Source of the DNA: a virus
Length of the DNA: 38,445 bases
Strand: one strand, 5' to 3'
IMG/VR virus record: IMGVR_UViG_3300012924_000005
The position numbers were made by a program, and so were the translations under genes. The stretch's first letter is position 1; each line of letters opens with the position of its first letter. The notes under the pieces were generated by a model. That model saw only the letters and a program-made list of their open reading frames with translations. It searched no databases and was not told where the DNA came from. Positions 1-9,067 of this stretch are shown here, in pieces.

Positions 1-123
1 CCCGGGCCGCGAGTTCGTCCGCGTGCGCGGCCAGGGCGGCGGCGGCCCCGGCATCCGCCGCAGCGGTGATCGCGGCCAACTCCTCCGGCCCGATGTCGAC
101 TTTGGCCGCGATCGCGTTGATCA
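1..123. repeat. terminal direct repeat copy 1 (identical to 38323-38445)
   Basis: The first 123 nt (cccgggccgcgagttcgtcc...atcgcgttgatca) recur exactly as the last 123 nt. The minus-strand lysin frame is continuous across the junction. Confidence 0.95.
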
Positions 124-772
124 GCGGCTCGATCCGGCCGAGCGCCTGCAGGGAGCCGGCTACCCAGGGATGGATGTTCCACTTCGTCAGCTCGTGTACC
201 TCATGCGCTTCAGTTGCCTGATTCGCGTCCAACTCTTCATCTCCGTCCGGTTGCTGTCCGCTGATAGCCGTTCCGACTAGTAAATCCAGATAGTCGATGC
301 AGGCTTGCCGCTTGCCCTCGGTGTCACGGTAGAACTCAATGTGTGTGTGCACGTCTACCGTGTCGCTGGTTGCCTCGACGCGCCATCCGTTCTCACGATC
401 TTGACGCAGCTTCTGTCGACCATCCGGACTGTAGTTGACGGCGCGGATCGGCGCGAGCGCGGCCCGGCCCCCCGTCAGTTCCATGATCAGCAGATGGTTG
501 AACCGCAGCCACGCCGCGCCGCCCCCGGTGCGCCAGGCGCCCCCGATGTCCAACGCGCTGGCGGACTCCGTGAGGCCGGCCCGGTCCCGCGCCAGCCGGA
601 CGGAGTAGTCCGTACCCAGCACGCCGACCCGGGTCAGGTCCGAGCGACCCTCGTGATACCCCCGGCCACCGTGGGCCACGTCACCCACGATCCCCACCTC
701 GACCGCGGAGAGGCCGGTCCGGAGCTGGATGCGGGAGCGCAAGGTGAGCAGATCGATGGGCGCGTTCGTCAT
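1..772 (-). CDS. lysin, LAS/M15-type zinc peptidase (N-terminal part; ORF runs off the window start and continues at 38322)
   Basis: Not in the ORF track because it has no stop inside this end. The ATG at 772 overlaps the upstream stop (ATGA). My translation is MTNAPIDLLTLRSRI...GDVAHGGRGYHEG...SALDIGG...DVHTHIEF, an H..D plus HxH pattern typical of VanY/M15 peptidases. Confidence 0.7.
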   Translation of the reverse strand, partial: MTNAPIDLLTLRSRIQLRTGLSAVEVGIVGDVAHGGRGYHEGRSDLTRVGVLGTDYSVRLARDRAGLTESASALDIGGAWRTGGGAAWLRFNHLLIMELTGGRAALAPIRAVNYSPDGRQKLRQDRENGWRVEATSDTVDVHTHIEFYRDTEGKRQACIDYLDLLVGTAISGQQPDGDEELDANQATEAHEVHELTKWNIHPWVAGSLQALGRIEPLINAIAAKVDIGPEELAAITAAADAGAAAALAAHADELAAR

Positions 773-1230
773 GGCGCTACCTCCGTTGCGCAGAGCGTCA
801 GCCAGTCGTCGGTGACGAACCTCGACAGGGCGCCCGCGCCAGATGGCCGGCGCCATCTGGCCTGGATGGTGTACACGCCAGCCCCCAGGCCGGCTGCGAC
901 CGGCACCGCCCCCGACGCGATGCGCCGGGAGTTGGCCTCATTAATGAACATTTGACATATGTCATAGTCAACGCCATTGATGAGCACGGCAAAGCGACCA
1001 GCCGTAGAGACGGCGCCAACCGCGAACGTCACGTGCATATCGATCTTGATTGCGGTAGTCGAGAGATATTTAGTAAAGCTAAAGGATGACGTTGCCGCCA
1101 TGCTGACATATGTTGCGGATGAGGTGCTGTCTCCCCCGGACGCGGCAACCGCGATGCCGGCGCAGTTGCCCCAGGTACTGGCGGTTGCCGCGTTAACCTT
1201 TGCAAGTACTGCGGGTGGTGCCATATGCAT
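769..1230 (-). CDS. hypothetical tail-tip associated protein (153 aa; start 1230 or 1224)
   Basis: ORF track. GAAAGGA lies 7 nt before the second ATG. The stop overlaps the lysin start (ATGA). It lies in the AT-shifted segment. Confidence 0.65.
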   Translation of the reverse strand: MHMAPPAVLAKVNAATASTWGNCAGIAVAASGGDSTSSATYVSMAATSSFSFTKYLSTTAIKIDMHVTFAVGAVSTAGRFAVLINGVDYDICQMFINEANSRRIASGAVPVAAGLGAGVYTIQARWRRPSGAGALSRFVTDDWLTLCATEVAP

Positions 1231-1236
1231 ATCCTT

Positions 1237-3618
1237 TCAGAATGCAAGTGTAATTGCCTCTTGAGTGAGGCCGAGAACGGCTGGTCGCCATAGTGTCATT
1301 GGGCTGCCGGCATGGATCGGGCCGATCGTTGCGTCTACGGTGAGGGTCTGCTGACCGGCAGAGTATGCGCTCACAGCCGTGACGTGCACCTTAAATCCAC
1401 TCAGCACAACGTCGCATGGCATGTCGTCGGCAGTGGTTGAGATGCGAATGCCCAGCCCCAGGGGATCCACGTTCATCACGATGGAGGTTGATCCTGCCGG
1501 ATACTCCCCGCTGACCGCAGTGTCGCTTGACTGAGCCTCGAATCGCATAGCGAATTCGTTGGTATCCCCGGTGGTTGCAACGTATTGCCCCACTCGCCAC
1601 GGCGCATAGGGGGTATTGTTGAGAGCTATGCTCCATAGTTTCGAATTGAAATGTTCACTGTATCCCTGCACTAGCAGTGACAGCGCGTCATTTGAGAATC
1701 CGAATACCGAGATAAGGTTGCTTATCTCAATACGGCTAAGCGGTGACATGTCCAACCATGCTTGCCGTAGAGTCGCATTCGCGGCCTTGGCGAGTTCGAC
1801 ATGGATGGCGGGGTACCGCGCCTCGTTGGCCGTGCCGAGCCCCACCTCAAACTGCGCCCTGCCATACAGCGCATTGTCATTCAGGAAGTTGTAGGACGCC
1901 GAACTTGAGTATTCATTGATACCGTTAGGGCCAGATCCCATCGGACTTGTGACGTCACGAGCCGTGACGCTAGAGCCATGTTGCCGCGAGGCGGTGAACT
2001 TGTTTACGTGCCCCTGGTCGCCGGGCATGGGGATCAGTGGGTACTGAACCTGTCCACCTGCCGCATTAAGCGTAAGACTGCTAGCGCGATCTTCGATAGC
2101 GCTCCGGGCAATGTATGTATACCCGGGTCCCATGCCGTCGAGCAACAACCCTCCATCCGCACGCGCGCAACCTTTGAGAATGTTGAGGAACGTATCTATT
2201 TCTTGCGCGCCTAGCGTTAGATAAATATCAGATCTTCCTACAACATCGATATGCACATTCTCTTCTGCGCATATACGACGTATTCTTTCGGTGGGTTTCT
2301 CGATACCAGAGAATGCGAGCAAATAGAAATAGTCGCCGGGGACCCCGAAAAGAGGAAAGCCGAGACTCAAATCAACATCTACGCTAGTGAGTGCACCCAT
2401 GTGGCCAAACAACATATTATCTGTTTGGGCCGTTGTTAGAAGATGCAAGCTACGCAGGCGTCCCAATGTTTGAGCAGCTTCATTGTTAGCGCCTCCCCCG
2501 AATCCCGCTGAGGGACTGGCCATATCCCATGACCAATATAGCGATGTGCCAGATTGATACGTCTGAACATCAATAAAAAACGTAATCCCTGGGAGCGGGA
2601 CTCCACCCCCAGGATCACTTAAGTGATTGACTCCAGCATCATCTAGCGCCTGTAGCTGAAACACGGCACTAGCGTTTACCCACTGCAAGCGCCAATTATT
2701 ATACGTGCCACCTTCTGTCTTCCAGGAAAAGATCGTCGTATCCGCCGATAGCGTTGTTTGTAATTGCATGACAAATTGCATGCGCCATTGCTGGGGCGAT
2801 GGCGACGTATAGACTGGCAACGTCTGATTAAATCCTGCGCCATTGGCGAATGCCGGGATGCCCGCCGTTCCGGGCGCCTCCGCGCTTGACGCCCATGTCA
2901 CCGTGCCGAAGGGCACGATAGACTCATGTCCAAAAAACTCAACAGCTGATGTAGACGACGTACCGTCTTCCATGGGCCAATACCGAATAATTGCAGCAAC
3001 ATTAGCATCGAAAAACTGTGCCTGTGTCGAAACCCCACGCGTCATCGGAGAGCGAAGCGGATCGGTGCCCTGGCCATGTCGACGCGAGATACCAGAAGCC
3101 TCAATGTCGCATACCGCATAGCGACGCGATGCATCCCAACGTGGCGCAAACCCGTTGCTCACCTCGCCCTGAAAGCGCAGCGACGCTCCGTTGCCCATGT
3201 CCAGCAAGACCCGCACGGGTACGCCTAGCTTGATGCCGGGGTACCACTTGCTGAATGCGTTGAATGGAGTGAAGTCTCCAGTGAAATTCTTCACAGTAAA
3301 CTTGCACTGCGCGGGGGCCGGGCTGTCGTTGAACTCGTCTTGCCGGCCCATCGGGTTGATACTCACGCCGGGCTCCCACAGCGCCAGCGACGTGATGTCC
3401 ACCCACGGCCAATAGCCGGGGTCACCCGTGAGGTCTGCGCCCGGTGCGATCTCGATGATCTGCCGCGCGGTTGGCCCCATCGAGTCAGGCAGGAACGCGC
3501 CGCCCCGCAGCGAAGCGCCCTGCGGCGCTCCCTGTGGAATGCCACTCAGGCCCGGCGGCCAACCCGAAGCGCTGATACGCGAGGAGATCATCGCGGCCAT
3601 CCGCGACGCGGCGCTCAC
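1237..3618 (-). CDS. minor tail protein, Dit-like N-terminus with a large C-terminal extension (candidate receptor-binding part)
   Basis: 793-aa ORF downstream of the tape measure. The N-terminal stretch RQIIEIAPGADLTGDPGYWPWVDITS resembles siphovirus distal tail proteins. The start is uncertain (GTG 3618 or a later ATG). Confidence 0.8.
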   Translation of the reverse strand: MSAASRMAAMISSRISASGWPPGLSGIPQGAPQGASLRGGAFLPDSMGPTARQIIEIAPGADLTGDPGYWPWVDITSLALWEPGVSINPMGRQDEFNDSPAPAQCKFTVKNFTGDFTPFNAFSKWYPGIKLGVPVRVLLDMGNGASLRFQGEVSNGFAPRWDASRRYAVCDIEASGISRRHGQGTDPLRSPMTRGVSTQAQFFDANVAAIIRYWPMEDGTSSTSAVEFFGHESIVPFGTVTWASSAEAPGTAGIPAFANGAGFNQTLPVYTSPSPQQWRMQFVMQLQTTLSADTTIFSWKTEGGTYNNWRLQWVNASAVFQLQALDDAGVNHLSDPGGGVPLPGITFFIDVQTYQSGTSLYWSWDMASPSAGFGGGANNEAAQTLGRLRSLHLLTTAQTDNMLFGHMGALTSVDVDLSLGFPLFGVPGDYFYLLAFSGIEKPTERIRRICAEENVHIDVVGRSDIYLTLGAQEIDTFLNILKGCARADGGLLLDGMGPGYTYIARSAIEDRASSLTLNAAGGQVQYPLIPMPGDQGHVNKFTASRQHGSSVTARDVTSPMGSGPNGINEYSSSASYNFLNDNALYGRAQFEVGLGTANEARYPAIHVELAKAANATLRQAWLDMSPLSRIEISNLISVFGFSNDALSLLVQGYSEHFNSKLWSIALNNTPYAPWRVGQYVATTGDTNEFAMRFEAQSSDTAVSGEYPAGSTSIVMNVDPLGLGIRISTTADDMPCDVVLSGFKVHVTAVSAYSAGQQTLTVDATIGPIHAGSPMTLWRPAVLGLTQEAITLAF

Positions 3619-4125
3619 CTACTCGTCCCAGATGAGCCAGCACCGCATGTCCACGGCAGTGGTAGGGGTCGTGGCGCGCACGCGCAGGAACCTGGAGATA
3701 GCGACGATGGGCATTGCGTAGGGCAGGAAGTCCCGTTCGTAAGTCAATGGCGAGTTGCCGGCCGTGCTGTCCAGGGACACCACATCGAAGACTCTAGCAA
3801 CCGTGGTGCCACCCTCGGCGCTTGCGGTGTAGCCAGTGGCCGCGGTGCCCAGCGTCATCAGCGAGGCCGGCGCGTTCGGGTCAAGTGGATCCACGCCGGA
3901 AGCCACATGCGCCGTGACGGTCGCAGCCACATCCGTCTGCAACAGCTCGACCACGGCATCCGCGCCGGGCGGGTCATCGCATGAGAACCCCCAGGAGATG
4001 ATCTGCAACTGTCGCGTGGAAGGCGTTGCGACTTGTAGCATTGTCTTAATTGCCGTGCCGGTAGTCACCGATTGCTGCGCTGCCGTGGTTGGCATGGGGC
4101 CATTCCACGTAATGTACCTATGCAT
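3619..4125 (-). CDS. hypothetical tail protein (168 aa)
   Basis: ORF track. It is tightly packed between the tape measure stop and the next tail gene, and its third codon positions are GC-rich. Confidence 0.7.
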   Translation of the reverse strand: MHRYITWNGPMPTTAAQQSVTTGTAIKTMLQVATPSTRQLQIISWGFSCDDPPGADAVVELLQTDVAATVTAHVASGVDPLDPNAPASLMTLGTAATGYTASAEGGTTVARVFDVVSLDSTAGNSPLTYERDFLPYAMPIVAISRFLRVRATTPTTAVDMRCWLIWDE

Positions 4126-4133
4126 GCCAACCC

Positions 4134-6518
4134 CTAGTTGTTGAGAATGATCTTGCGCTCACGAATGAGCCTCATGAACATCACGGAAACCGCGCCGTCG
4201 GTATCGCCCGTGAATCGCACCTCAGTGCCACCGCCATTAATCATGACGGGAGCGACGTTCGGTACGGCTGACATCATTGCCTGCGATTGCCCCGAGGGGT
4301 ACACCATTGAGCCGTCTGGCAAGTTCACCAACTCAGGGCCATGCTCGCCTATGAGCGTCATGCCGCCACCCGGACCGCCGCTGGCCTGAGCCCGGATATT
4401 GCCACGCCCCTGAACGATGCCCGACCCCTGATTCTCAACGTAGTTTCGGCCGCTCCCTGTGACGAAAGTGTCAACTTGTACAGTCACCTTTTTGAGCGGG
4501 GGCAGTCCGTTAAGTAAACGCAGTAGATCGTTCAGGTTATTGATCGCGTCGGTCAGTCCTTGCGTGGCGATGTTCGTGTTTACCTTGTCGGGCACGGTGG
4601 CATACTTACCTACCAGCCCGTCAATCTGCGCTTGCGTCAATCCCGCCTGGCGCATCTGCCTTTCGAGCGCCTGCGTGTTCGCGTCGTATGCCTTGGCGGC
4701 AACGTCAGCTCCCGCGCCTGACGCGATGGCCACGTCGTATGCCTTAATGTTGGCATCCACCTGAGCCAGGATCGCCTCGCGGTTCGCCTGTCCTTTCTCG
4801 GTGTGGATGTCAAGCTGTTTGCCGTTCTGCTTGAACGAATCCGACACCTTCGTTAGGCTCTCCGCGACACCAAGTAGCGCGTGATCCGAGTCCATCATCG
4901 AGTTGAACAGCTTGTCCGACATCTCGCCCGCGAGCGTGTCGGCGGATTTAGACGTATCGCCCAGCTTCTTGGAGAGCGCATCGAGATCATCAGCAGCCTT
5001 TGCGGTAGCGGCTCCCGCGGTGCCCGTGGTCTTCGCCAGCGAGTCAAGGGCGTTCTGATATTGTGGCAGGCCTTTCTTCAGGTCCTCAACGCTGATGCCC
5101 TGTCGCTGCGCGGCGCGCGTCAACTCATCAAACTGACCCGCGGCTTCCTTGATGTTGCCGTTCGAGACCTCGTCCGCGAGTGCTGCATCGATCGAAGAGA
5201 TGCGTTCACGCGCATGCTCTAGCGACTCGTCAAATACGGACCCCAACCCCGTAAGCCCCTCGGCCACCCCCGCGATGGCGTTGCCGGTCTTCGCCATGCC
5301 GCCAGAGCCAAGCGTGCCGAGATCGTAATTCAGGTGCTTAGTTACCTCGGAGACGTTTTGTCCACTCGTGCCGAGCGCCTCAAGGGCCTTCTGGGTGGTG
5401 GCCACCCCGGTACTGTCGGTGTGGCCGAGCGCCGCGCTCGCGGTTTGCACGGCCACCATAGCGACCGCCACGATGCCCGCTGTGCGGGCCAGCTTGCCTA
5501 GCCGGGTGTCGGCGGCCAGTGCCCCCGTGGACAACCCGGAGAATGCCTCTCGGGCCGCCGTGATCCGGGGCGCCAGGAGCAGCGCCGCAGCAGCCAGCCC
5601 CAGCACCGCGACAATCAGCCCCTCGATCGGCCGCGGGATGGCCGCGAACGCCGTGGCCAGCAGCCCGGTGATCTTGGCAAGCTCCGCCAGGACCGGCAGC
5701 AGGCCGGTACCGATCTTCGCCTTGGCGTTCTCCATCTCCGCAGCCGAGATGCGCTGCGCGTTGGCAAGCCCGTTGCTCGTGTTCTTGAAATCGCCGGCCG
5801 TGGCGGAGGTCTGTTTCATGATCAGATTCAGCCGGGCCGAGGCCAGCTCCTGCGTGGTGAGAGCGTTGGCCGAGGTCTTGCTTGTCTCGGCCAGGGCCTC
5901 CGTCTGCACAGCCGCCGCACTCAGACTAACACCGTACTTCTCTAGCGGATCCGACTCGCCACGCAGACCAGCTTGAATCGACTCCAACGCATCGGGTACC
6001 GAGGTGTTGAATACCGATGCCATATCAGCGGCGCGCTGCGTGAGCATCAACGTGTCCGCGCTCACGGTCTTCATGTCAAGCCCGGTGTTCTTCAGTAGCG
6101 CACCCATGGGCGTAACGGCCTCGTTGAAGGCTCGCTGGCTCAGGCCGAACTGCGTAGCGTTGTTCTTCCCCCAGTCGAGAATCACCTTGGAGGATTGTCC
6201 AAATACCTGATTCACGGCGTTGGTAGATTCGCCCAGCGACGATGCCGCCTCCACCGTGCTGCTCATGAACTCCTTGACCTTAGCGGCCCCCTCTTTCAGG
6301 AAGTCCGCCGCGAGTACTCCGGCTGCTGTTTCGCCAATCCTCTTGAGCGATGACGACATACCGTCGGAGCTTGACTTGACTTTCGCTTCTGTCTTCGCGG
6401 ATTGATCACCAATCCCCTTGACCGAATCGGTAACCTGTTTTACTTTCTTGTCGGTGGCGTCGAACCCGGAGCCGGTCTTATCGGCACTCGTGACGACGAT
6501 CTGAATTTCGTTAGCCAT
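4134..6518 (-). CDS. tape measure protein
   Basis: 794 aa. It is Ala/Gly/Leu-rich and helical, with an internal hydrophobic block (LLATAFAAIPRPIEGLIVAVLGLAAAALLLAP). It sits after the chaperone, and GGGAGGGAG precedes the ATG. Confidence 0.9.
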   Translation of the reverse strand: MANEIQIVVTSADKTGSGFDATDKKVKQVTDSVKGIGDQSAKTEAKVKSSSDGMSSSLKRIGETAAGVLAADFLKEGAAKVKEFMSSTVEAASSLGESTNAVNQVFGQSSKVILDWGKNNATQFGLSQRAFNEAVTPMGALLKNTGLDMKTVSADTLMLTQRAADMASVFNTSVPDALESIQAGLRGESDPLEKYGVSLSAAAVQTEALAETSKTSANALTTQELASARLNLIMKQTSATAGDFKNTSNGLANAQRISAAEMENAKAKIGTGLLPVLAELAKITGLLATAFAAIPRPIEGLIVAVLGLAAAALLLAPRITAAREAFSGLSTGALAADTRLGKLARTAGIVAVAMVAVQTASAALGHTDSTGVATTQKALEALGTSGQNVSEVTKHLNYDLGTLGSGGMAKTGNAIAGVAEGLTGLGSVFDESLEHARERISSIDAALADEVSNGNIKEAAGQFDELTRAAQRQGISVEDLKKGLPQYQNALDSLAKTTGTAGAATAKAADDLDALSKKLGDTSKSADTLAGEMSDKLFNSMMDSDHALLGVAESLTKVSDSFKQNGKQLDIHTEKGQANREAILAQVDANIKAYDVAIASGAGADVAAKAYDANTQALERQMRQAGLTQAQIDGLVGKYATVPDKVNTNIATQGLTDAINNLNDLLRLLNGLPPLKKVTVQVDTFVTGSGRNYVENQGSGIVQGRGNIRAQASGGPGGGMTLIGEHGPELVNLPDGSMVYPSGQSQAMMSAVPNVAPVMINGGGTEVRFTGDTDGAVSVMFMRLIRERKIILNN

Positions 6519-6534
6519 GCCAGCTCCCTCCCGC

Positions 6535-6993
6535 CTACGCCGCGCTGACCATGTTCAGAGTCGACTCCAGTTCCGCATCCGGAACGTCACCCGGCACCTC
6601 GGATTCCGTCGTCACCGACCCCGGATCGCCCGACTGCGCCGGCTCCTGCGAGATCGCCTCCAGCCAGGCCAGCACGACGGCCAGGACGAAGGTGAATTCC
6701 TGAGCCAGCAGGCCGGCAGCGTCGGCCGGGACCGGCGCGCCACCATCCGTGAGGTTCCACGAGTCCAGGTAGTCCACGAACCCGGGTTGCCGATCCGGTC
6801 CGTCACCCCCCCCGACCAGCAGCACGTAGAGCTTCTCCGCGCTGGCCGCGCGGTCGCTCTCCGCCAGGCCGGCCAGCTTCGACAACGCGAGGTACGTGCC
6901 CATCGGAGCGGCCCGCACCCGGACCTCCAGGCCGGCCAGATCGTCGTCCCGGAACCGCAGGAGGTACGAGGCCCGCGGGCGCTCGAACCCCAT
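6535..6993 (-). CDS. tail assembly chaperone candidate (acidic)
   Basis: The ORF lies between the tube-like gene and the tape measure. The ATG at 6993 shares its A with the upstream TGA; the track starts at GTG 7002. The protein is acidic and contains a G8 run at 6806-6813. Confidence 0.55.
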   Translation of the reverse strand: MGFERPRASYLLRFRDDDLAGLEVRVRAAPMGTYLALSKLAGLAESDRAASAEKLYVLLVGGGDGPDRQPGFVDYLDSWNLTDGGAPVPADAAGLLAQEFTFVLAVVLAWLEAISQEPAQSGDPGSVTTESEVPGDVPDAELESTLNMVSAA

Positions 6994-7403
6994 CACGACC
7001 ACGTCGGAACGGTGCCATCCGCCAGCACGCCCGGAGCCGTCCAGAGCAGCGACCCGTCTTGATTCCGCTTGAGCTGGTAGTCGGTGTACAGCACCTCGGG
7101 CGCCAGCGTCTTCGCGGACACCACCATCGTGGTGGTGCGAGCGACGCTGCTTGACGGGACGGTGCTGAACACGTCATGCGCGGACGGAGAGGCGGCTGGG
7201 TTGAACACGCCATTGAGCGTGATAGAGAAGTCCGCCAAGAGGAGTAGGCGCTCCATGGCAGACTTGTCGATGCCAGTCACGTCCTGAACAGCGCGCGGCG
7301 TAGCGAAGTCGAAGTTAGTGATGTCATTCTTGATTGCCTCTGGAGTGCCAGCCGAGCTGTCTACACTCAGCGTGGTCCACCCGATACCACTGCTCTTAGC
7401 CAT
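6993..7403 (-). CDS. tail-tube-like protein, short paralog (136 aa)
   Basis: MAKSSG... with QDVTGIDKSAMER...GVFNP. It shares this motif with the 245-aa ORF at 7847-8584. GAGAGGA is the ribosome binding site (RBS). Confidence 0.7.
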   Translation of the reverse strand: MAKSSGIGWTTLSVDSSAGTPEAIKNDITNFDFATPRAVQDVTGIDKSAMERLLLLADFSITLNGVFNPAASPSAHDVFSTVPSSSVARTTTMVVSAKTLAPEVLYTDYQLKRNQDGSLLWTAPGVLADGTVPTWS

Positions 7404-7406
7404 GAT

Positions 7407-7847
7407 CTATCCTCTCTGTATCGCTGTAGCGATTCGATCCTGGTGGGTGGCGAAGTCGTCCACCCAGTTCTCTGCGTTGTCATGCTGCATGGGGTCTATA
7501 CCCCCGCGCCAGTCACCACCGCGAACGATGTACAGCGGCTCTCGCTCCAGCGGCACGGTGTGCTGTCGGAAGCATCGCTGGTTGGCCGGGAAGGCGAAGG
7601 TAGTTCCGCCACCCACGTTGCGCTCCTCGCGGTACTGCCGGCCGGAAAGCGTGCGGATGTAATGCGCTTGACGCTGCCCCAGCTCTGTACGCTCATCCAC
7701 TACCGTCGTCCAGCCGTGCTCATGCTGCCGACAGCTCACCTCGGCGCAGGTCGCCACGCGGCGATGCGTGGCGACCGGGGCCGCGACACTGTACGTCTTG
7801 TATGCGTACGCCGACATCAGGGGCGTGACGCGGAACGGCTGCGTCAT
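7407..7847 (-). CDS. hypothetical protein with a Cys/His cluster (146 aa)
   Basis: ORF track. Its start overlaps the upstream stop (TGATG). It contains ATCAEVSCRQHEHGW and GDWRGG. Confidence 0.7.
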   Translation of the reverse strand: MTQPFRVTPLMSAYAYKTYSVAAPVATHRRVATCAEVSCRQHEHGWTTVVDERTELGQRQAHYIRTLSGRQYREERNVGGGTTFAFPANQRCFRQHTVPLEREPLYIVRGGDWRGGIDPMQHDNAENWVDDFATHQDRIATAIQRG

Positions 7848-8584
7848 CAGAACGTCACGGCCGTCAGGTTGCGCACGAACGTCACCGAGAAGATAGCGTT
7901 ACTGAAAGTGCCAGTCGTGACGGCGCGCACATATCGGCGCACGGTATCCGTCGCGCCGCCCGCTAGGCGCTGCGAGGTGACCCCGGTGGCTGCCGTGAAC
8001 CCGGCTCCCGCCAGGTCGGTATATGCGCTGTTGTCGGCCGAATCTTGCACCTTTACCGTGACCGACGTCCCGGTAAATGCGAACACATGAAGGTACGCTT
8101 GCCAGCCGAATGCCGTACTAACGGTTACCTGATCCACGGCGGTCCCATTCGTCGCACTGCCATCCGTGCGTTGGCCAGCCGTGAGCTGCAACCCCCACTC
8201 CAGCCCGAATCCGTTAGCGAGTACGGAGATGTCAAACGTAAAGGCGCCATCATTCGCGCGCTTGCCGTCGTAGTTGATCTGCTTTGCCACGCAACAGGCA
8301 GCGGGATTGCCGAGGGTTGTGCCGCGACAGTATGTCGCAATCACGTCAGCGGTCGGCAAGGCGGCGAACTTGTCGTGCGTCAGCCCCACGGTAGGATTGA
8401 AGAATACCTGAAACTGAATGTCGCCATCCCGCTGTCCGCCGATACGCTCGGATGCCGACTTGTCAATGCCGGTTACGTCAAGCGGCTTCGGGCCTCCGTG
8501 AATGCTAGAGAGCTGCCCGACATCGCCACTGGCGTTGTACCCAGCAACGTATAGGTTGTCGCCTAGCCCGCCCTGCTTAGCCAC
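7847..8584 (-). CDS. major tail (tube) protein candidate (245 aa)
   Basis: MAKQGG... with LDVTGIDKSASER...FFNP. Its position is upstream of the chaperone and tape measure. GTG start. Confidence 0.65.
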   Translation of the reverse strand: MAKQGGLGDNLYVAGYNASGDVGQLSSIHGGPKPLDVTGIDKSASERIGGQRDGDIQFQVFFNPTVGLTHDKFAALPTADVIATYCRGTTLGNPAACCVAKQINYDGKRANDGAFTFDISVLANGFGLEWGLQLTAGQRTDGSATNGTAVDQVTVSTAFGWQAYLHVFAFTGTSVTVKVQDSADNSAYTDLAGAGFTAATGVTSQRLAGGATDTVRRYVRAVTTGTFSNAIFSVTFVRNLTAVTF

Positions 8585-8774
8585 GTCCCACCGCCTGGCG
8601 CTTGCTCACGGCATGTTCAGCTACATTCTTCGCGCTCATCAGCGCGCTGTAGCCAATCAGCGCTACCCAGAACAGCACGGGCAGCACGCCCGCACCCCAC
8701 GTCGCAAGTAGTCCCGCGACGCCGGCCACCCCACCCGCGGCCCAGAGAAGCCCGGCAATCAGCTTGGCGGTCAT
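8577..8774 (-). CDS. small 2-TM membrane protein (65 aa)
   Basis: LIAGLLWAAGGVAGVAGLLATWGAGVLPVLFWVALIGYSAL. ATGA overlap with the upstream ORF. Confidence 0.55.
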   Translation of the reverse strand: MTAKLIAGLLWAAGGVAGVAGLLATWGAGVLPVLFWVALIGYSALMSAKNVAEHAVSKRQAVGRG

Positions 8775-9067
8775 GGCACAATCAGCCCCGATCCGTTCAT
8801 TGGTCGATCCGGCGCCAGCGCGACCGCCGGCTGAGCAGTGCCCGAACCGGCCGCGAGCGCGGCCGCCACGCCCAGCCGGCCCAACTCCAGCGCGGCCATG
8901 AGCATCCGCAGGCGGGCGTAGTCCATGACCAGCTGCCAGGAGCCGACGAATTGCGGCAGTACCACGTTGCCCATCGCGGCCCCACTCATCTGCGGCCCGG
9001 CGCCATCCAGGATCTTGCGTGCTTCACGTAGGTTTTCATTTTCTGCAAGTTCTCTCGTTGTGGTCAT
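8771..9067 (-). CDS. hypothetical protein (98 aa)
   Basis: ORF track, with ATGA overlaps at both ends. Confidence 0.6.
   Translation of the reverse strand: MTTTRELAENENLREARKILDGAGPQMSGAAMGNVVLPQFVGSWQLVMDYARLRMLMAALELGRLGVAAALAAGSGTAQPAVALAPDRPMNGSGLIVP

Noticed and set aside
1-123. A genuine physical direct terminal repeat (T7-like ends).
   Set aside because: The repeat falls in the middle of an uninterrupted lysin reading frame and carries no obvious end-associated features. An assembly overlap of a circular or permuted genome is the simpler explanation, but raw reads are needed to decide.
305-955. The 216-aa plus-strand ORF, and similar long antisense ORFs (for example 11256-12269, 11594-12607, 24296-24946, 27277-28635, 30440-31112, 32440-33126).
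   Set aside because: They are Arg/Pro/Gly/Ala-rich low-complexity translations typical of antisense or off-frame reading of GC-rich genes. Each overlaps a better-supported gene with recognisable motifs on the other strand or frame.
6535-6993. A canonical G/GT-type programmed -1 frameshift producing an extended chaperone.
   Set aside because: The alternative frame opening at the G8 run terminates before the zero-frame stop (6612 against 6535), so no extended product is possible. I kept it only as a low-interest slippery-run observation.
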